From the human T2T-CHM13v2.0 reference genome, Homo sapiens: DNA of 64,000 bases. The position numbers and the translations under genes are program-made. Location of the stretch: NCBI RefSeq assembly GCF_009914755.1, contig NC_060934.1; one strand, 5' to 3'. Below the pieces are notes generated by a model. The model was not told the origin of the DNA. It worked only from the letters and a program-made list of their open reading frames with translations, and searched no databases. Of this stretch, positions 39,850 through 53,563 are shown one piece after another (position 1 is the stretch's first letter; each line of letters opens with the position of its first letter).

Positions 39850-41504
39850 TCAATGGAAATAAAAACATATTTCCGAAATAAACGGTGGCTTTATGAAGAT
39901 TTTTTTCTTGAGATACGTACAATTCTCACCTTGCTTGGTTGACTTAATAAGCCCTATGGAGGCAAAATGATATGTGTGGTTGACGTACAATCACAACGTA
40001 AAAAACATTCCCGAGGCTTGCACCATTTAAAGGCTTGTTCCAAAAACATCAGACTCTCCGAGAGAATACAGGTACTTCAAACTCCCTTTTCTTCTGTGAG
40101 TACCATTGACATTCATGATTATCTTAGCTTAGGTGTCAGGAAACAGCCAATAATTATTGTCCATTTCAGAAGGAAAAACAGCATAGAATTATTAGAGGTA
40201 TGGTAGGATTGGGGTTTTCTGCCTTTCGAAGTGAGTTGAACATGAAATAACAAAAAAGCAAAAACTGTAAACATTTAGAAGGAAATTTTACCAATTTTTG
40301 GAAGAGAAATATAATAAAAGTTTTAAAGGGTTATTTGTTTGGAAACAATAATGATCTTGAAAATGCAGCTCGATCCACCAAAGCAGTCACTTCAATATGG
40401 AAGCGGATCCTCATGGAGAGCTCACAGCTGCCTGTACCAGCTCAGAATCCACTGGATCATTTCACTGATCTTGGATCTATCTAAAAAAGATTACAGAGTA
40501 AACAATTCTTCAAGCCACAGGATCTTATGGTGGGTATTTTCTGTTTTGTTTCTGTCTGTAAAAAGTGAATTATAAAAACAAAACAGAAACAAACAAAAAC
40601 CCCATCTCCCTTCTTTTTTTCTATTCGTTATTCCTGAACAACATCCACTTCCTTTTCTGCTCTTGTCTACCTTTGCAATTTCTGGCACAGATGTGCTGTG
40701 CTGAGTGCCAAGTTTAGGTCCACAGATGTCGTCATAAAAAACAGGAACTAGAAAATTAGAAAATCTCAGTGCTTTGCAATGCTTATTAGCGCAAAACTGC
40801 AGCAATATGCTTTATAGTTTTTACTAGTAGGCTCTTGGGGGCAAGTCTACTCATTGGTTTGTGGACTTATTCTTACTACAAAATGGATCATTCTGTATAG
40901 ACCACATCTCTTGATTAAGAGATGTGTCTATGGGACTTAAAAAAAAGGTGAAACTCTGATGTATGATTCCTGGTGTACTGTCCAACAACAACAACAAAGA
41001 ATTTAGGGGATGGAGGGAATCAAGATTCATCTGGTATATAGTTTAAACTCCCTCTCAGTGTAGAAATTGTCCCAGCAACATCACATAATCCTTGAGTTTT
41101 AGAGTTGACGAGGACCTTAGAGAGATAACAGGGCAACTCCTGGAACCCAAAACCTCACATAGAAACTCTCTGTAGAACACCCAAGCTGGATGGCTGCTTA
41201 GCATGGAAACCTGTGCAAGACACATCATTACCTTTTAAGAAATCTCAATATTTAGAAACAAGTGCATTTTAGAGAATTGTTCTAAATTGAATTGAATTGT
41301 ACTGAATTGTATTTCAATAGAAACAAAAACATATTTCTGAAACAAATGGTGACTTTATCAAGATTTTTGTCTTGAAATACGTATAATTCTTACCTTGCTT
41401 GGTTGACATATTGAGGCAAATGGTATGTGTGGTCGAGGTAGAATCAGAACTTAGATGACAACATACCTGAGGCTTGTTCCATTTAAAGGCTTGTTCCAAA
41501 AACA
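39850..41504. repeat. Dispersed direct duplication, ~195 bp (39850-40048 and 41314-41504)
   Basis: Both copies read AAAAACATATTTC.GAAA...ACCTTGCTTGGTTGAC...TATGTGTGGT...CCATTTAAAGGCTTGTTCCAAAAACA. Confidence 0.9.
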
Positions 41505-42163
41505 AGTGAATTGTTCTGTTTAGAGAGCTGATTTCTAGCCTCTTGATGAATCCATGCATGGGTTCCGCCTCTGACTTCTGGAGCCTCACAGAAAAAGCTG
41601 TGCATTCCTTTAGTGTGCCTGGCCTTCAGACAGCTGAGGTCTCCTGGAGCAGCCTCCATGGAGTTTTCTCCATTTCCAAATCATCCTAGTTGTTTTATTC
41701 CCCACTCCTGGATAGGGGTTCTTCTTACCGTCCCTCTTCACCATCACGCTGACCGTCTTCCTGGGTGAGTCATGGCCTGACTGTTCTCTTCCTAAAATGA
41801 CGTGTAGGTGTGACCACCCTGTAGGGGTGACCTGATTTATAAAATGCATCCTTTCTATGGCACCCTTTTGTTACATTAAATTAACAACATCCTTCTTATA
41901 TGGCAGTTAACAGTCTGTCTAAGAATATTTTCAGCTTTATGAATTAATCTGTGCCTCTTAGTTTATGGTAAACCATTCTGCTTTTTAATTCTCAATTCCG
42001 TTCGAGCCACTTCATGTAGGTTATTTGACTTCTTAAAGAGCGAGGCCAGTTTCCGAAGTGGTGGTCTGAAAGGTCCGCCATCTCAGAGAATCAAGTCTCA
42101 CAGTAAGGAAAAAAAGAAGAGACTGGATAAAAGGAAATGATTTTATGGACAGAAACACACTCT

Positions 42164-42415
42164 TTTTTTATTTTATTTTACTTATTTTAATTTTATTTGA
42201 TTTTAAATTCTGGGGTACACCTGCAGAACGTGCAGGTTACATAGGTATACTTGTGCCATGGTGGTTTGCTGCACCCATCAACCCATCACGTAGGTTTTAA
42301 GCCCCGCATGCATTAGGTATTTGTCCTAATGCTCTCCCTCCCCTTGCCCCCCAACCCCTGACAGGCCTCAGTGTGTGATGTTCTCCTCCTTGTGTCCATG
42401 TGTTCTCATTGTTCA
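42164..42415 (-). mobile_element. L1PA8-like 3' end
   Basis: Antisense 3' UTR with a T-rich tail; TSD AGAAACA(C/A)ACTC at 42151 and 42416. Confidence 0.88.
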
Positions 42416-42613
42416 AGAAACAAACTCATTTTAAAAATCTATCGTAAGGAGCTTGAGACAAAAAGTGCTAAAACACCACAGATACTAGGTAAGCCAGTGG
42501 TAGTATTTAAAGACACTGAAGCAGTAGAAATTTGAGATGTTGTTCCAGATAACACAAGTACCTCCCACTGATTAACATTTTGTCCTACAGTTCTGTTTTA
42601 AAATTCTTTTATG

Positions 42614-43850
42614 GGTGCTGGGAAAACTGGCTAGCCATATGCAGAAAGCTGAAACTGGATCCCTTCCTTACACCTTATACAAAAATTAATTCGAGATGGA
42701 TTACAGACTTAAACGTTAGACCTAAAACCATAAAAACCCTAGAAGAAAACCTAGGCAATACCATTCAGGACATAGGCATGGGCAAGGACTTCATGACTAA
42801 AACACCAAAAGCAATGGCAACAAAAGCCAAAATTGACAAATGGGATCTAATTCAACTAAAGAGCTTCTGCACAGCAAAAGAAACTTCCATCAGAGTGAAC
42901 AGGAAACCTACAGAATGGGAGACAATTTTTACAATCTACCCATCTGACAAATGGCTAATATCCAGAATCTACAAATAACTTAAACAAATTTACAAGAAAA
43001 AAAATCAAAGAACCCCATCAAAAAGTGGGCAAAGGATATGAACAGACACTTCTTAAAAGAAGACATTTATGCAGCCAACAGACACAAGAAAAAATGCTCA
43101 TCATCACTGGCCATCAGAGAAATGCAAATCAAAACCACAATGAGATACCATCTCATACCAGTTAGAATGGCCATCATTAAAAATTCAGGAAACAACAGGT
43201 GCAGGAGAGGATGTGGAGAAATAGGAACACTTTTACACTGTTGGTGGGACTGTAAACTAGTTCAACCATTGTGGAGGACAGTGTGGCGATTCCTCAAGGA
43301 TCTAGAACTAGAAATACCATTTGACAGCCATCTGATTACTGGGCATATACCCAAAGGATTATAAATCATGCTGCTATAAAAACACATACACACGTATGTT
43401 TATAGTGGCACTATTCACAATAGCAAAGACTTGGAACCAACCCAAATGTCCATCAATGATAGACTGGATTAAGAAAATGTGGCACATATACACCATGGAA
43501 TACTATGCAGCCATAAAAAAGGATGAGTTCATGTCCTTTGTAGAGACATGGATGAAGCTAGAAACCATCATTCTGAGCAAACTATTGCAAGGACAGAAAA
43601 CCAAACACCACATATTCTCACTCTTAGGTGGGAATTGAACAATGAGAACACTTGGACACAGGGTAGGGAACGTCACACATCGGGGCCTGTCGTGGGGTGG
43701 GGGAAATGGGGAGGGATAGCATTAGGAGATATATCTAATGTAAATGACGAGTTAATGGGTGCAGCACACCAACATGGCACATGTATACATATGTAACAAA
43801 CCTGCACCTTGCGCACACGTACCCTAGAACTTAAAGTGTAATAATAATAA
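42614..43850 (+). mobile_element. 5'-truncated L1PA (PA4/5-like)
   Basis: ORF2 C-terminal remnants ([17 protein letters not shown]...); perfect 15-bp TSD TAAAATTCTTTTATG at 42599-42613 and 43851-43865. Confidence 0.95.
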
Positions 43851-44613
43851 TAAAATTCTTTTATGACAATTTTAGACAAACAGTGGAGGTTGGAGAATTG
43901 TTTTTTTAAAAAGGCCCCTAAAGAAAATATAGCTAAATGTTGATAGTGATTGTTATAAAGAACATTTTTCTAATTTTTATAGTTCTACATTTTTAAACTT
44001 TTTTGAGCATGTGTTATTTTTGTCATGGAAAAAATGGACACTGTGATGGCCTTTTTATTCACTTCTCTTAGCCTGGTATATGTGGAGAAGAATTGGTCAG
44101 CTTATGCAATGTGTAGAAAAACTTTGGGTACTAACAAATAAAACTTTCCCAGGAAACAAGTTTTGAAAATGATTTAACTCTGAGGTTTTAAAAACACTTT
44201 AAACATTCCCTTTGCAAAAAAATTCATTGAAAACAAGCCGATGGTCTTAGGAAATATTCAGTTTAAACATTTACAGAACAAAAATTGGATCCTATTTTAA
44301 AATCATTCCTTTATAAATAAGTGTCTGAAATATTTTGGAATCCAGCAAATACATTCAAAAGCATGTTTGATTAGTTGGCTTGGGAAAGGAAGAAATTGGG
44401 CCTGTAAAACAAACCTTGCTTTAGAAATCCATGAAGTTGTCCCTCCCTACATCAAATTTCTAAAAGCAAGATGCCTACCACGAAATATGTATGGTTTTCA
44501 ATTTGAGGCTGAAGTTATATAGAACAATGCTGCAAGTAGGCCACCCTGACTTCAAGGTCAGCGAAATTAACATCCAGATTGCACCGTCAAAATTCGTCAT
44601 CAGCGATCATCAT

Positions 44614-44627
44614 GCGCCCCCTTCTGG
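44614..44627 (-). promoter_or_regulatory. Candidate CTCF site
   Basis: Minus strand CCAGAAGGGGGCGC versus core CCASYAGRKGGCRS (1 mismatch), with locally retained CpGs. Confidence 0.6.
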
Positions 44628-44635
44628 CTCCATTA

Positions 44636-44811
44636 CCACACTCTCATTTGTTCCCGTTGCGTTGAAATGAAGGGAAAACAGGCTTTTGGACCTGGGAAAA
44701 TCTTCCTTAGTTTCTTTATCTGCCCACATTCTCCTTTGTTCCTGTTGCATGGAAATGAAGGGAAAACAAGCTTCTGGACCTGGGAAAATCTTCCTTAGTT
44801 TCTTTATCTGC
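44636..44811. repeat. 88-bp tandem duplication
   Basis: 44636-44723 versus 44724-44811; about 7 substitutions by eye. Confidence 0.93.
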
Positions 44812-46212
44812 ACAATGAGGAGTTCAGATCAAATCTTTCCTAACACCCCTGCCATATACAAAATTCTGAGCTTATTATATTGCAACATAGAATTTTGGAA
44901 TTGCTCATAGACACAAATGCCTAAGGAACTTTCAGCAAAACTCTGAAACAGAAAAAGTGTTTGAAATTATGTAGTTTTTATCTTCGGCATTTTGAATGTG
45001 CATAATCATAATAAGAATTAGTCACAATTGTTCTGTTTCTTCAACTCTGTTCTGCACAGATAGGGGATCACACTCTTTCAGATTTCAGAGGCAACTTTAC
45101 AATTATCCTCTCTTTCATCCTTACATTTCTTTATATTTTATTTTTCCACATTTTATACTCTTTATCTTATTTATTTTCCTTTTCATTCTTTGTTTTCTTG
45201 TTTTCTTTCTTTGCTTGACTTTTTTTTTTGTCTTTTCTTCATTCCTACCTTAGGTTTTATGAAATTAGTTGTCCCTTGGGTATAATAAACACCATAAAAG
45301 TACTGGCCCTCTTGAGTTAAAAGAAAAGATATTATTTTTCACAGCCTGAAATTATAACCACTTAAATGTTTGGCAAATTGGCACCATCTCCTGGCCACTT
45401 AAAGTGCCATCTGAACTATGTAGGTCCTACAATGCTTTATTTCCTTGCCAGTCATCTGAGTGTTCATTTTGCTCTATTTACCCTAAAAACTCCTCCCATA
45501 AATAGATCTGACATTTTGTGAGCATCTCATTCTGCTTAAGGCCTGATATTTACACTATGAAAGTGTGGCTTGGAGAAAAGCTTTCTGGATTTTCCGCTTG
45601 TTTTATTTATATAATCAAATCAAGACACCATAAGGAAAAGTCACATGGCTAGTCCTGAATTTAGGAAGCATATGACCCTTCTCTGTTCCCTCTGCGTCCA
45701 CACATCTAGAGAATTATTGGGCCATTAAGACGGGTTTACACTTCTGGAATATCCACCTGTTTAGAGAGTCAGAAATGTGGGCATAGCTGAGGGGAAGGGA
45801 TGGTCTAAATGCCTTCTAGGTGATGGGGGAAAACAACTTGAGCAAAAACAAAAACAACTGAGCTCTCTGAAAAGTTCAATAGCTAATTCTCTCAGTCTCG
45901 TGGGTCCTGGCATCAAAATGAAACAAAAGAAATTAGAAAAATTATTGGGAAATGAAAACTTGAGGACCTTATTATCTTAGCTCCACAGAAAATACAGGGT
46001 AGTGGTATATAGGTTAATTTCATCAAGAAAAGATAGCAAGATTTCTTGAAATTCAGAAAAAAGCTCATAGTCTTCTAGAATAGTCTAGAATTCACATCAC
46101 ACATACCTCTTCTTCTACACAAGCTTCATTACTGAAAAGAATTGCTAAGCTAGATATTCTTAGACTATTTCTCAGAAATACACTTGATAGAAGAAGCGAT
46201 AGATCGATAACT

Positions 46213-46250
46213 GTGTGTGTGTGTATGTGTGTGTGTGTGGAGAGAGAGAG
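46213..46250. repeat. (TG)n(AG)n microsatellite
   Basis: Visible directly in the sequence. Confidence 0.9.
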
Positions 46251-47749
46251 AAATAGTGAAAGTTTAATGACAAATACTTTCATCTGGATCTTTCTTTTAA
46301 AGAACACATTTTTACCTTTAACCTGCCAAGAAAATGTTCTAACTCCTAGGGGCTCAATGGTTACTTTTGTTTACCAATGTCAAATTAGACATGTGCTTCT
46401 TATGATTTATATCTAAAGTCTAGTGCCATGATCACATTGAGAAAGAAAAAAATACCTTTGAAATAACCAGTTTAAGATGTCCCATGCCGCCAGACCCCCC
46501 CACTGTGAAACTCTCCATTGCTTCAAAAAGCTGAAGTTTCTGGTAGAAAAGACATATACTCTTTTCTGGAGAAGTAGCCACTTACATTTTATCCATGAAT
46601 ACAAAACATTTTTTTCATAGTTGATATTGTAGATATTACATAAATTTAATGGGCCCTGAAACTACTGGAAAATCTTTAAGTCATGTTGACTGCTTGGGTG
46701 ATTTTGGATTCCTTGGCTTGCAAATCTCAGGAACTGTTTTAACAGAGAACAGTAGTGGCTTGTTTTGTGCTAAACCACCCCGACAGCAATTTAGTTGTCA
46801 TTCAGCTACTAAAGCTTTACTTTATGGCTTTGAAAAACCTGGCTTTCCCTGTTCCATTATCTGCTGAGATAAAATGATATTGGAAGGTTATGACCGATGA
46901 CAGAATGGCTTCTTTTCCCATCTTTTCTAGCCTCCCCATACGTTGGTCAACACGTGCCTTTTCTCGGCACTGAATGTTTTTAGAATGCTTTGCTTGCCTG
47001 CAGGCATTTTATGCTTATGAATTTCGCATCATTTCTTAACCTTCTCTGCATCTGCTTTCAGTCTCCAAAGGAGGCTAGAACGCTGGGTCCTCTGAGTCTA
47101 CAGCTTCATTGCAGTAAAGAGGATGAGGGTGGGAGGGGGAGAGTACCTCTGGGGGGATTCTAATGCTCACATCCAATCTTGAATTGAGAGCAGTTGCCTG
47201 GGAAACAAAACCTCAAAAAATCTCATTTTCACATGCATCTTCAAATCTTCAAATGGCAGGACGTACTTCTGTGTTCAAAGGAAGTCCTCCAAGTCTAAGC
47301 GTCCAGCAAGTCGAGATTTATTATCTGCCCAACTCATCTCAGGATTCTATGGATATTTTCTATCACACTGGTAATCAAATAAGAATAACATACATGTGTT
47401 AAAAACAGACACAAATAAAAAAGGTTAAACTGGGTTTCTCTGTTGTGTGAGTTGAGAGGCACCAGGGAATAGCAGAAAGGATTCTGCAATGCAGTCAGAA
47501 GACTCATTTTGCAAACATACCTCTAATTGGTAACTTAAATGTAAATTCGCGGTGAGTGCTTGGGCTGCGTGTCACAAATAAGACTCCCAGTCCCTGTTTC
47601 TTCATTGGTAAAGAGAAGTTTGGCATGGTCTCGAGATACTCCACTCCCGACCCCACCTCCTAGATCTAATAATTATCTGATCCTTTGGGAGTACCTAAAG
47701 GCTGTTGGCATCTTTCTACAAACATTTATTGGATAGTCATGATGTTGCC

Positions 47750-48300
47750 AATCTAGGGGAACTTCTTTCTATCACCTTAGGTTCTGTAACTGGAGCTTGC
47801 AAATCAAACTGATAAAATACAGAGTAACAGGAAAAAACATTTTATTTCAAATGCATGTGGCAGCTTTGCAGAAAAGAAGTGAAATCCCAAAGAAATGGTT
47901 AAGTTTGAGAGCTTATATACTATTTTAACAAAGGGTGATACATTGTGAAGAAGTGACAAAAGAAAAGGGGTTTCTAGGTGTGATAAATTGTGGAAAAAAT
48001 TATATATATATATAATATATATTATATATAGACAAGGGTTATTTAGTAAGTTTTTTTTTAATTCAAACGCAAGTCTCTAGTGATAAGCGTTATGTTGCAT
48101 GATTAAGAGTCATTCTCCTCTTCCTGGTACAGGAGAGGGAGACGCCTTTACAAATAAAAATGTATTCCCTGTTTTTCAGGCAGAAAGAGGAAGGCCAGAG
48201 AATTCTTCCTGTATGTGCTGTTTCTCTAGTGCCTTCAGCTCAAATAATTTTTATGTCAAAGTGGCATATTTAAGGGTGGCATATTCTGATCTTTTTTATT
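47750..48300 (-). mobile_element. MER34-family ERV1 LTR
   Basis: Minus strand GATCAGAATATGCCACCC...ATATGCCACTTTGACATAA...TTATTTGAGCTGAAGGC. Confidence 0.7.
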
Positions 48301-48959
48301 AGCATAGTTCTTTTTTTTTTTTCTTTTTCTGGCCCTTTTGTGTTTAGGCTAACTCATTGGTTCATTATTTGATTCATCATGGGCATTAACTACAAAAGAA
48401 ATTTTGGGGGTAAAACATTAAAGAAAGGTATAATTTTTCAGAGATTATACAAGTTCAAGTGTATTTATTGGGATTTTTTTTCCATCAGAAATACATTCAA
48501 CAGCAATGCTGATTATGCCACAGATAATTGTCCTAATGAGTGTGTGTGTCTGCCACCCAAAACCAATGTTTGGAATGGAAATTATGCTTTCCTTCTAAAG
48601 GGCAGTATTATATATATATATTTCTTTCTTCAAAAATGTAATCTAGTAACAAGAAAGCTTCATTCTCAGTCTATGGGAGGGAAGTGCAATGAACTGGCTG
48701 GTTCCATTGTTACCATGCAACAATTTATTCTGAGCTATATGAACAAAAGACATTCTTCTCAGGGATGGCCTTATTAATCAGTTTATTATTCAATGGGTCA
48801 GAATTTGCATTTTGGTGAGTAGTATTGTTTTTTTCTCTTCATGTTGCCAAAGTTGTAGTCACATTACAAGAGAGCTCTAAATTAACAGCACAGATATGCA
48901 GTTTCTTCAAGAGTAGTTAACTTTATTTCAAATGAATTCTGCTTCCTCTGCCTGGCATT

Positions 48960-49270
48960 TCTTTACCCGTTATCTCCAAATGTCCAAATTCAACCTATCA
49001 CTTAAGACCTATTTCAAATGCTGTCTGCCCATCACCTCCTTTGAAGCTTCTCTTCCCTCTTTAAACTGCCATAGGGACAATTTTTTCTATATCGGGACAA
49101 TTTTTTCTATATCTCTCCTACAGAACATATCACTTTCTACCATGCGTGCTGTTACTTAGCTGTGTGACTTACGTTGTCTACCAAAGTGAAAGCTTCTGAA
49201 GATACCATCACAGAGACCAGTACAGGGCCTCGCCCAACATGGTCTCAGTAAATATCTCAAGAATAAATAA
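48960..49270 (+). mobile_element. L2 3' fragment
   Basis: CAGTACAGGGCCTCGCCCAACATGGTCTCAGTAAATAT..AAGAATAAAT resembles the L2 tail. Confidence 0.55.
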
Positions 49271-49611
49271 AGAGTGGGAAGATGACACAGTGAGTTGACA
49301 ATCCTTGGATAGCTTAGGCACCCTGTTGATTATGTTTGAAAACTTTTTCTTATTTTCAATTGGCAGATGCTCACGGGACATGATTTACTGTTAACAACAA
49401 CTCAAGTAAAATTTAAAATGCAGCACGGTAAATCTTAGGTAACACAACAAATGGTAAAACCAAATGCATAATTTAGTCCAATGTGAGATATAAATAGTTT
49501 AGAGGCCATACTCCCATTTTGGACTATTTGTTTGAGTGATCTCTCTATTAGCATGGGGGATAGAAGTCAACCCTTTGTTTATAATATGCAGGTGTATTGT
49601 GGATGGGTAAC

Positions 49612-49960
49612 TGCTATGGAATGAATTGTGTCCTCTCCAAAAATTCATATGTTGAAGCCCCACTTCCTAATATGACTGTATTTGGAGATACAGTCTTCAG
49701 AAGGTACCTAAGGTTAAATTAAGTCAGAAGGATAGGGCCCTAACTTGGTAGAATTGTGTCCTTATAAACAGAGCTCTTCCATGCAGGGACACAGTGAGAA
49801 CACAGCCATCTATAAGCCAGGAATGGAGTCTTCGCCAGAGACCAAATCAGCCGGCACCTTGTTCTTGGACTTTCCAGCCTCTGGAACTGTCAGAAAATAT
49901 ATTCTGTTATGTAAGCTGCCAAATCTGTTGTGTTTTGTTGTGGCAGCCAGAGCTAAGACG
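49612..49960 (+). mobile_element. MLT1A/B-like LTR
   Basis: TGCTATGGAATGAATTGTGTCC...ATTCATATGTTGAAGCCC...GGACTTTCCAGCCTCTGGAACTGT. Confidence 0.8.
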
Positions 49961-49992
49961 GGACTTAAACAGATGAAACCTTTTCACTGGGA

Positions 49993-50165
49993 GCCAGGTG
50001 CAATGGTGTGCACCTGTAATCCCAGTGACTCAGAAGGCTGAGGCAGGAGAATTGAGTGACGACTGGAGTTTGAGGCTGCAGTGAGCTATGATCACGCTAC
50101 TGCACTCCAGCTTGTGTGACAGAATGAGACTCTGTCTTTTTAAAAAACAAAACAACAACAAAAAA
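49993..50165 (+). mobile_element. Alu monomer (FRAM/FLAM-like)
   Basis: GAGGCTGCAGTGAGCTATGATCACGCTACTGCACTCCAGC followed by an A-rich tail. Confidence 0.85.
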
Positions 50166-50532
50166 CTTTTCACGTGACTGCTTGCATTTGCTTGGTAAAA
50201 TGTTTTTGACTGTGAACACCAATAGTATAATCAGGGATTACTTCAAGTGGAGCCTTTGTAGAGGGAACTCCAGGAGAAAGAAGTCTATGGAAGGGCAGCC
50301 GATTATCTGGGCATTTTCACAAATAAACTCTTGAGTTCCCAAAAAATAACCACAGGGACCATTGCTGACATTCAGGAAAGTAAAGTCTTTTCATGGATGT
50401 GAAGAGAAAGGATCAATTTCATTATCATCTTACAGTTGCCAAGAGAAATAAGTCATTCAGATGTCATGGTATGTTATAGAGGAAATACTGACAAATGTAA
50501 ACTCTTAGATCATGGCAATATAAAATGAAATC

Positions 50533-50679
50533 TGACTGGACACAGTGGCTCATGCTTGTAATCCTAGCACTTTGGGAGGCTGAGGCGGGCAGACTGCCTG
50601 AGGTCAGGAGTTTGAGACCAGCCTGGGCAACATGGTGAAATCCCGTCTCTACTAAACAAACAAACAAACAAACAAAAAA
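50533..50679 (+). mobile_element. Alu left arm ending in (AAAC)n
   Basis: Left monomer only; no right arm follows. Confidence 0.85.
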
Positions 50680-51169
50680 CTATTAAAAGAATAAATACTG
50701 CTAAGCACATTAATAGGGAAAAATATGGAGAACTAATGTATTCCATAGAAAGATGTTTACTCTGTATTTAAATAGAGTGACAATTCATTTTGTATGACAC
50801 CCCAAGTTTTATTGCTTTTTCAGTCAAAGAGAGTAACCAAAATGTTGACCTTTACAAGTTCCCTACACATTAGAAAAACTTTTCTTGTAAGAAAGATTCT
50901 GGCCCTGAGTAGTTGAAATTGCAGAAAATCTGCAAACATGCTGGTCCTGATGTTGGAGACTTCAGTAATTAAAGAGAGGATGTTCTCAAGCCCAGCGCCC
51001 TTTCTGCTGCAGAACAGATGGGTCAACACAATACTCTCTTCTTACCAGTATGAAATTATCAAGCTGCCAATTCTACCTGTGGATAGGCTTCAGATTTCCA
51101 ATATGTTAATATTCTTTTCTTAAAAATAATAACTACTACTCTTCCTGATCTACTTTTTAAGTTTTTTTT

Positions 51170-51640
<471 letters not shown>

Positions 51641-52373
51641 GTGTTACTATGTTTAGTTGTTAACATGTACAATAAGATTTTCTTCATGGTGGGTTCCAAA
51701 ACTCTACAAGCAAGTCCTATCTCCTCAAGGGTTGATCTTCTAGTTCCAGACTGTTTTCCTATTTTAAAAGAAAGGCCTATGCCATGTGTAGGTTTTAGCC
51801 CATGATCTTTGAAGTGTCCAAGGCTAGAACTAAGAGGCTCTAGGAGATTCAATCATCATTTGGAAATGTGAGTAAGACAAATAAAACCAAAATAAAATTG
51901 TCACATCTGGTCTTGAGACATGCTCCTTCTATTTTTTTGCAAAGCCTAAAAAGGTAAACTTCTTTTTAAAAGTCCTGTATGAAGACATTTATGTAAACAA
52001 CTTTATTTCTTCAGAAACAATTCTTTTTGCTTGCTGTCTCTTGGGCTTGAGATGTATGGTAGCCCCTTTCACTCAGGCAATAGATTTTATGCCCTGAGGA
52101 ATGTGACTTGGATGTTGTTGTGTATTCAATAGAATAAATTTGAACCATTGATACTAAACGGTATAAAACTGTTACTGGATTCGATGGCAATCCCTGAGAC
52201 AGGGCATCAGCAACAATAACTTTTTGTTTAAATTAAAATTTAAAAATTTTCAATTTTTTAAAATAATGTTTTTAAAATTTCAAAGTATCATTAAAAACTT
52301 TTTCATTATCTTTCTTTCATTGTAGTTTTCCTTCTAAAAGAAGTTACTGTGACAACCAAAATACATTTAGTAG

Positions 52374-52688
<315 letters not shown>

Positions 52689-53093
52689 GTCTACTTTTTT
52701 TTTTTTTAAAGCAATCTGTAATCTGTATTTTCATAAGAATTATGTAATTTAAATCTTAGTAAAGTTCTAAGAAGTAGACGTGGAAGATGTTTTTAGCCCT
52801 ATTTTATTGATGAGTATACTTGAGCTTTAGTTAATTTCCCCTAGTTAAACTGCTACTTATGGCTGAAGCCAGGACTTTAGCCTAAATGCTCTGGCTTTAA
52901 ATCTTGTTCCTTCTACACAATTTGGTAGGTTGCTATAATACAGTGGTTAAGGATGTGGCTGTGGGGATGAACTACCTGGTTGTGGATCTTGATGCTACCT
53001 CCCACTAGCCATATGGTCTAAGAGGTTGTTGTGCTGAATATTTCTGAGCCTCAGCCTTCTCTTGAGTAAAATATCATCAGCTATTACACCTAT

Positions 53094-53563
53094 TGTAAAG
53101 CTGGCTCACTGTGCACAAACTATTCCAACACTGCAGCATTCTGCATCTGGGGCTGCAGTTTCTACCACTTGCACAAGACAGGTGAGAGCGAGCCCCCACA
53201 CAAGTTAAGCAAAGTGGCTTTATGACTCATGGATAGGCAGCAAGGGACAGGAGAAAGCTAGGGGTCACGGTGTACCAGTCCCCCAAGGCTCAGGAAACTG
53301 TCAGGGCAGATGCAGTCTCACATTGCACTGCAGCCGATGGACCGCAAAAGCTCTCCACCCTGGGTTTTATACTCCAGGGAAAACTTGGCTTCCTGGGCTA
53401 AAGCGTTGTAGGAAGGATAGAAACAGAACCCAGGCTGTTTTGGCCAGTGCCTCCTCATCTCAGGATGTTGCATCCCCAGCACATTCTAAAGTTATTCTGA
53501 GAACTACCAGTGACAAAGAGGGAAGAGCTGGGTCACCAAGGCCATCCAGGGACCTGCTCTGCA
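53094..53563 (-). mobile_element. ERVL LTR (MER73/MER74/LTR53 group) inserted in a MIR
   Basis: TG...CA ends; ATCTCAGGATGTTGCATCCCCAGCACATTCT...TTATTCTGAGAACTAC; MIR-like sequence on both sides. Confidence 0.6.

Noticed and set aside
49073-49112. 20-bp perfect tandem duplication GGGACAATTTTTTCTATATC
   Set aside because: Ordinary slippage-type duplication inside L2-like sequence, with no further signal.
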